From positions 16,301-80,300 of the forward strand of contig JAQWOP010000001.1 in assembly GCA_029245795.1 (NCBI GenBank): DNA of 64,000 bases. Direction: 5' to 3'. The notes under the pieces are model-generated. The model did no database searches, was not told the DNA's origin, and saw only the letters and a list, made by a program, of their open reading frames with translations. Positions 61,284 to 64,000 of the stretch are shown one piece after another (position 1 is the first letter of the stretch; each line of letters opens with the position of its first letter). The position numbers and the translations under genes were made by a program. The stretch comes from Hyphomicrobiales bacterium (lineage in GTDB: Bacteria; Pseudomonadota; Alphaproteobacteria; Rhizobiales; TMED25).

Positions 61284-62378
61284 CTACTCTATGATAATAT
61301 TAGGATTCTTTGTACTCGAACTAACACTGACCTTGCTAACTATCTTTTCTGCTATGGATAAAAATTTTTTGGATACACTTGCTTCAGGATTGGAGCTTAA
61401 GATAGGGTTGCCATTATCAGATGTTTCTCTTATCACAACCTCCAATGGAATGTCTCCCAAGAAATCTACATTCTGCTTTTTTGCCTCAAATTCCGCTCCC
61501 TCTTTACCAAAAATATAAGTTTCTTTATTACAATGCGGGCAAATAAAAGTACTCATATTTTCTATAATACCAATTATTGGAACATTAACTTTCTTAAACA
61601 TTTCTAGACCTTTCTTTGCATCGATTAAGGCTAGATCTTGAGGAGTTGATATAATTACGGCCCCTGACATTGGAACTCTTTGCGCCATGGTTAATTGAAC
61701 ATCACCTGTGCCAGGCGGCATATCAACGATTAAATAGTCTAAATCCCCCCAATCAACATCATTAAGCATCTGATTTATCGCAGAAATTACCATTGGGCCT
61801 CTCCAAATCATTGGAGTACCCTCGGATATAAGGAATCCTATAGACATAATAGATATATTAAATTTAATTATTGGTAATATTTTTCCTTCGTCAGAAACTT
61901 TAGGCTTTTTACTTTCCCCAATTAGCTTTGGTATCGATGGCCCATAAATATCAGCATCTAATATCCCAACCTTATAACCTAAATTATTTATTGCTAAGGC
62001 TAGATTAATTGAGGTAGTTGACTTACCTACCCCTCCTTTTCCAGAAGCAATAGCAATTATATTTGACACTAAATCTATACCTTTTCTAGAAGATTTATTT
62101 GATTGAGTTTTGTCTAGTTGATTATCATTATGAGAAGTTAATGATACAGATATTTTGTCCAAACCATCTATCTTTGATAACTCATTTTCAACCTTAACTT
62201 TCAGTTGATTATATTTTTCAATATTTGATTTATCAGCTTTTATTGATAGGAAAACTTTTTTATTTGCTATTACAACATCATCAATAAATTTTTCATCAAT
62301 TATATTAGATTTTTTTCCATTCAGGGTGATATGAATAGATTTAAGTTTATCAATTACTTGATCTTTGATCTGTGACAT
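61284..62378 (-). CDS. apbC: Mrp/ApbC/NBP35-family iron-sulfur cluster carrier ATPase
   Basis: 364 aa. The N-terminal region is DUF59-like. The deviant Walker A is IAIASGKGGVGKST and the cluster-ligand motif is CPHC. Confidence 0.9.
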   Translation of the reverse strand: MSQIKDQVIDKLKSIHITLNGKKSNIIDEKFIDDVVIANKKVFLSIKADKSNIEKYNQLKVKVENELSKIDGLDKISVSLTSHNDNQLDKTQSNKSSRKGIDLVSNIIAIASGKGGVGKSTTSINLALAINNLGYKVGILDADIYGPSIPKLIGESKKPKVSDEGKILPIIKFNISIMSIGFLISEGTPMIWRGPMVISAINQMLNDVDWGDLDYLIVDMPPGTGDVQLTMAQRVPMSGAVIISTPQDLALIDAKKGLEMFKKVNVPIIGIIENMSTFICPHCNKETYIFGKEGAEFEAKKQNVDFLGDIPLEVVIRETSDNGNPILSSNPEASVSKKFLSIAEKIVSKVSVSSSTKNPNIIIE

Positions 62379-62400
62379 CTTAATAACTTACAAGAAACGG

Positions 62401-62426
62401 AGATGCGCAATTATTATTGCGCATCT
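62401..62426 (-). terminator. Stem-loop terminator or attenuator after the BMP-family binding-protein gene
   Basis: AGATGCGCAAT-tatt-ATTGCGCATCT: a perfect 11-bp stem with a GCGC core. On the minus strand it is followed by ccgTTTCTTg. It lies in the 62-nt spacer between 62441 and 62378. Confidence 0.6.
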
Positions 62427-62440
62427 TAATAGATATATGC

Positions 62441-63529
62441 TTAGTTTGGTATAACACCATCAACACCTTCAACATAAAAATCCATCCCTAAGAGAACGCC
62501 ATCTTGGGCAACCTCCCCTTCGCTCAACCAAGATGATCCATCTTGTTTGTTAATCGGCCCAGTAAATGGATGAAGATTGCCTGAGATGATACCGTCTCTG
62601 GCACTATTAACTAAATTAACAATAACTTGAGGCACATCATCAGATATATCAGCTAATTCAACCATCCCAGAGTCAAGACCACCCCAAGTATCAGATGAAG
62701 ACCACGTTCCAGCTATTAGTTTTTGAACGCGATCAATATAATATGGCCCCCAATTATCGATTATTGATGTAAGCTGAGCATCAGGACCAAACTGAATCAT
62801 ATTGGAAGCTTGTCCAAATGCATGAACGCCTTCTTCCTGAGCAATTGTCATTGGAGCAGCTGAGTCAGTATGCTGCATAATGACATCAACACCTTGATCT
62901 ATAAGAGCCTTTGCTGCATCTGCCTCTTTACCTGGGTCAAACCAAGTATTTACCCATATTATCTTAAATTCAACAGTAGGATTTACAGATGACGCAGCCA
63001 AATAAGCTGCATTTATTCCACGAATAACTTCGGGGATTGGAAAGGACGCTATATATCCAATCTTGTTAGTTTGAGTTACACCACCTGCTATAAGACCAAT
63101 AAGATGACGGCCTTCATAAAATCTTGCTGCATAATTGGCAACGTTATCAGATCTTTGATAACCGGTTGCATGTTCAAATTTAACTTTATCAAACTTTTTT
63201 GCAACTTTTGATGTAGGATTCATGTAACCAAATGATGTTGTAAAAATAAGATCGTGATCACGTGCCATTTGCGTGATAGCTCTTTCTGCATCAGGACCTT
63301 CTGATACACTTTCTGCATATGTTGTTTCAACATTTTCACCAAATCTATTAACAACAGCCTTTCTTCCCTGGTCGTGCTCATAAGTCCAACCAAAATCAGT
63401 GACAGGACCAACATAGATAAAGCCAATCTTCTTGACATTATTATCCTCAGTAGTTATCTGAGATTGATAATAAAAACCTACTCCTAAAATTAACAACACA
63501 ATAAATGCGCCTAAATATTTCTTCGACAT
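62441..63529 (-). CDS. BMP-family (PnrA-like) ABC transporter substrate-binding protein, probably nucleoside or purine type
   Basis: 362 aa with an N-terminal anchor or signal. BMP-family motifs are present (GFIYVGPVTDFGWTYEH, IGYIASFPIPEV). GGAG lies 7 nt before the ATG. The ligand is not assignable from sequence. Confidence 0.85.
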   Translation of the reverse strand: MSKKYLGAFIVLLILGVGFYYQSQITTEDNNVKKIGFIYVGPVTDFGWTYEHDQGRKAVVNRFGENVETTYAESVSEGPDAERAITQMARDHDLIFTTSFGYMNPTSKVAKKFDKVKFEHATGYQRSDNVANYAARFYEGRHLIGLIAGGVTQTNKIGYIASFPIPEVIRGINAAYLAASSVNPTVEFKIIWVNTWFDPGKEADAAKALIDQGVDVIMQHTDSAAPMTIAQEEGVHAFGQASNMIQFGPDAQLTSIIDNWGPYYIDRVQKLIAGTWSSSDTWGGLDSGMVELADISDDVPQVIVNLVNSARDGIISGNLHPFTGPINKQDGSSWLSEGEVAQDGVLLGMDFYVEGVDGVIPN

Positions 63530-63555
63530 AAAAAAACTCCATAACTTTGAATAAA

Positions 63556-64000
63556 TTATATATCCGATGTGAACAATTTATTGAGGCAGTTGGGTGCATT
63601 AACCGCTAACCTATTTTTATTCATGGATATAAAAACCAATACTAATATAGTTACAACATATGGTAACATTGACATATATTGTGCTTCTATATTAACTCCT
63701 GTTGCTTGAATATGAAGTTGTATTATTGTTATTCCACCGAATATATAAGCACCCGCAAATATCCACAAAGGCCTCCAAACTGCGAAAACAACAATTGCTA
63801 ATGCTATCCAACCTCTCCCTGCCGTCATATTCTCAACCCACATAGGGGTTTGCACAAGAGACAAATATGCACCACCTAAACCAGCACATGCACCGCCATA
63901 AATTATAGATAATAATCTTATCTTTTTGACTGAATATCCAAGTGAATGGGCAGAGTCATGATTGTCCCCTGTTGCTATTAAAATCAATCCTCTCTTCGTT
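63556..64000 (-). CDS. ABC transporter permease, C-terminal part; 5' end lies outside the window
   Basis: The frame is open to the window edge. It is a hydrophobic BPD_transp_2-type C-terminus located directly upstream of the BMP binding-protein gene. Confidence 0.8.
   Translation of the reverse strand, partial: TKRGLILIATGDNHDSAHSLGYSVKKIRLLSIIYGGACAGLGGAYLSLVQTPMWVENMTAGRGWIALAIVVFAVWRPLWIFAGAYIFGGITIIQLHIQATGVNIEAQYMSMLPYVVTILVLVFISMNKNRLAVNAPNCLNKLFTSDI

Noticed and set aside
1-64000. CRISPR arrays, insertion sequences, prophage or defence-system genes
   Set aside because: None seen. Every ORF over 100 aa in a non-overlapping position has a housekeeping or transporter/enzyme assignment. 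No spaced repeat arrays were noticed in the spacers.

Overview
Very AT-rich (about 30% G+C by eye, not computed), extremely gene-dense chromosomal segment with alphaproteobacterial core synteny: rpsB-tsf-pyrH-frr-uppS-cdsA-dxr-rseP-bamA-lpxD-fabZ-lpxA-lpxI-lpxB, then gltA-gltX-lexA, moeA-moaC-trpCDGE-ppiD, tpiA-secG-pyrG-serS-surE, yajC-secDF, uvrA/ssb/gyrA-coaD, queA-tgt and tRNA-Lys. Composition, tiny or negative spacers, LpxI and this gene order fit a streamlined marine SAR11/Pelagibacterales-type genome; that assignment is inference, not a database result. I support about 59 protein-coding genes and one tRNA. I saw no rRNA, CRISPR array, transposase, integrase or phage gene. The only accessory-looking part is the left 9 kb. 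It holds a co-directional TAXI-TRAP transporter, class-III aminotransferase, VOC protein, DUF2141 protein and two tandem EamA genes, next to a truncated molybdo-hydroxylase gene. The most interesting signal is in the largest spacer of the window, dnaE-metC (333 nt). A minus-strand TTGACA-N17-CATAGT promoter there is overlaid by three GAAC tetramers spaced exactly 7 nt apart, i.e. two overlapping alphaproteobacterial LexA boxes. A GAGG Shine-Dalgarno and an unannotated 34-codon ORF for a single-helix hydrophobic peptide follow directly. The same GAAC-N7-GAAC motif in the same promoter geometry sits in front of lexA in this window, which calibrates the call. I read this as a candidate SOS-induced small membrane protein, either a SidA-like division inhibitor or a TisB/DinQ-like type I toxin. 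Other points: uvrA has no canonical start codon upstream of its Walker A motif; the ssb-uvrA spacer has no SOS box; the rpsB leader is structured; GC-containing hairpins follow both solute-binding-protein genes; Mrp and DUF971 form a split pair; and there is a second unannotated small membrane ORF.
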